Sequence record: MN850584.1
Direction: 5' to 3' (one strand)
DNA from: Escherichia phage arall
Length of the DNA: 64,000 nt
The notes beneath the pieces are model-generated. The model was not told the origin of the DNA. It was given only the letters and a program-made list of their open reading frames with translations, and did no database searches. A program made the position numbers and the translations under genes. Of this stretch, positions 63,837 to 64,000 are shown in pieces; the first letter of the stretch is position 1, and every line of letters begins with the position of its first letter.

Positions 63837-64000
63837 CAACTCTCCTCAAAATCCATAAGTATAAAGATATTAACTTTACCTTCTATATTATGTTCTACAA
63901 CAAGATCTGCAAATTCTTTGTAGGCTTTTTCTTCTATTTGTTCAATGTGAGACGCTACATCTTTGTATATAGCGTCACCATCTACTTTAACAAGGAGGAA
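63836..64000 (-). CDS. Hypothetical protein, C-terminal fragment (gene starts beyond window end)
   Basis: Open minus-strand frame ending at TGA overlapping downstream ATG (ATGA). Confidence 0.35.
   Translation of the reverse strand, partial: FLLVKVDGDAIYKDVASHIEQIEEKAYKEFADLVVEHNIEGKVNIFILMDFEES

Overview
This AT-rich 64 kb window looks like part of a large virulent tailed phage of a Gram-negative (probably enterobacterial) host; no rRNA, tRNA, CRISPR array or integrase was seen. All calls are from reading the sequence and the ORF track by eye: no database search or RNA folding was run, and coordinates of non-track features are approximate to a few nt. Gene layout is three strand blocks: minus-strand genes 1-29384, plus-strand genes 29504-57316, and a convergent minus-strand block 57492-64000 separated by a bidirectional terminator near 57400. 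Confident calls are the anaerobic ribonucleotide reductase pair nrdG/nrdD, with nrdD split by a group I intron carrying an HNH endonuclease, a UvrD-like helicase interrupted by an intein in motif III, a cytosine-5 DNA methyltransferase, a Sir2-like protein, a PPP-type phosphatase and a NADAR protein. The most unusual content is (1) a tellurite-resistance-like module (TerD, vWA, TelA-like, TerC) at 4036-10606; (2) an overlapping operon of phosphoribosyltransferase-fold, HAD and macro-domain proteins at 11163-13378 which, with NADAR and Sir2 elsewhere, suggests NAD+/ADP-ribose chemistry; (3) an early-type cluster of about 25 small genes at 35.2-44.0 kb, most with their own sigma70-like promoter and a conserved 5'-UTR hairpin whose stem varies compensatorily; (4) a 1.8 kb non-coding region at 44.0-45.8 kb with Fur-box-like operators, a candidate Fur-controlled small RNA, a G-depleted repeat tract and three tandem perfect palindromes; and (5) iteron-like repeats at 34131-34330. 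Most small ORFs are hypothetical.
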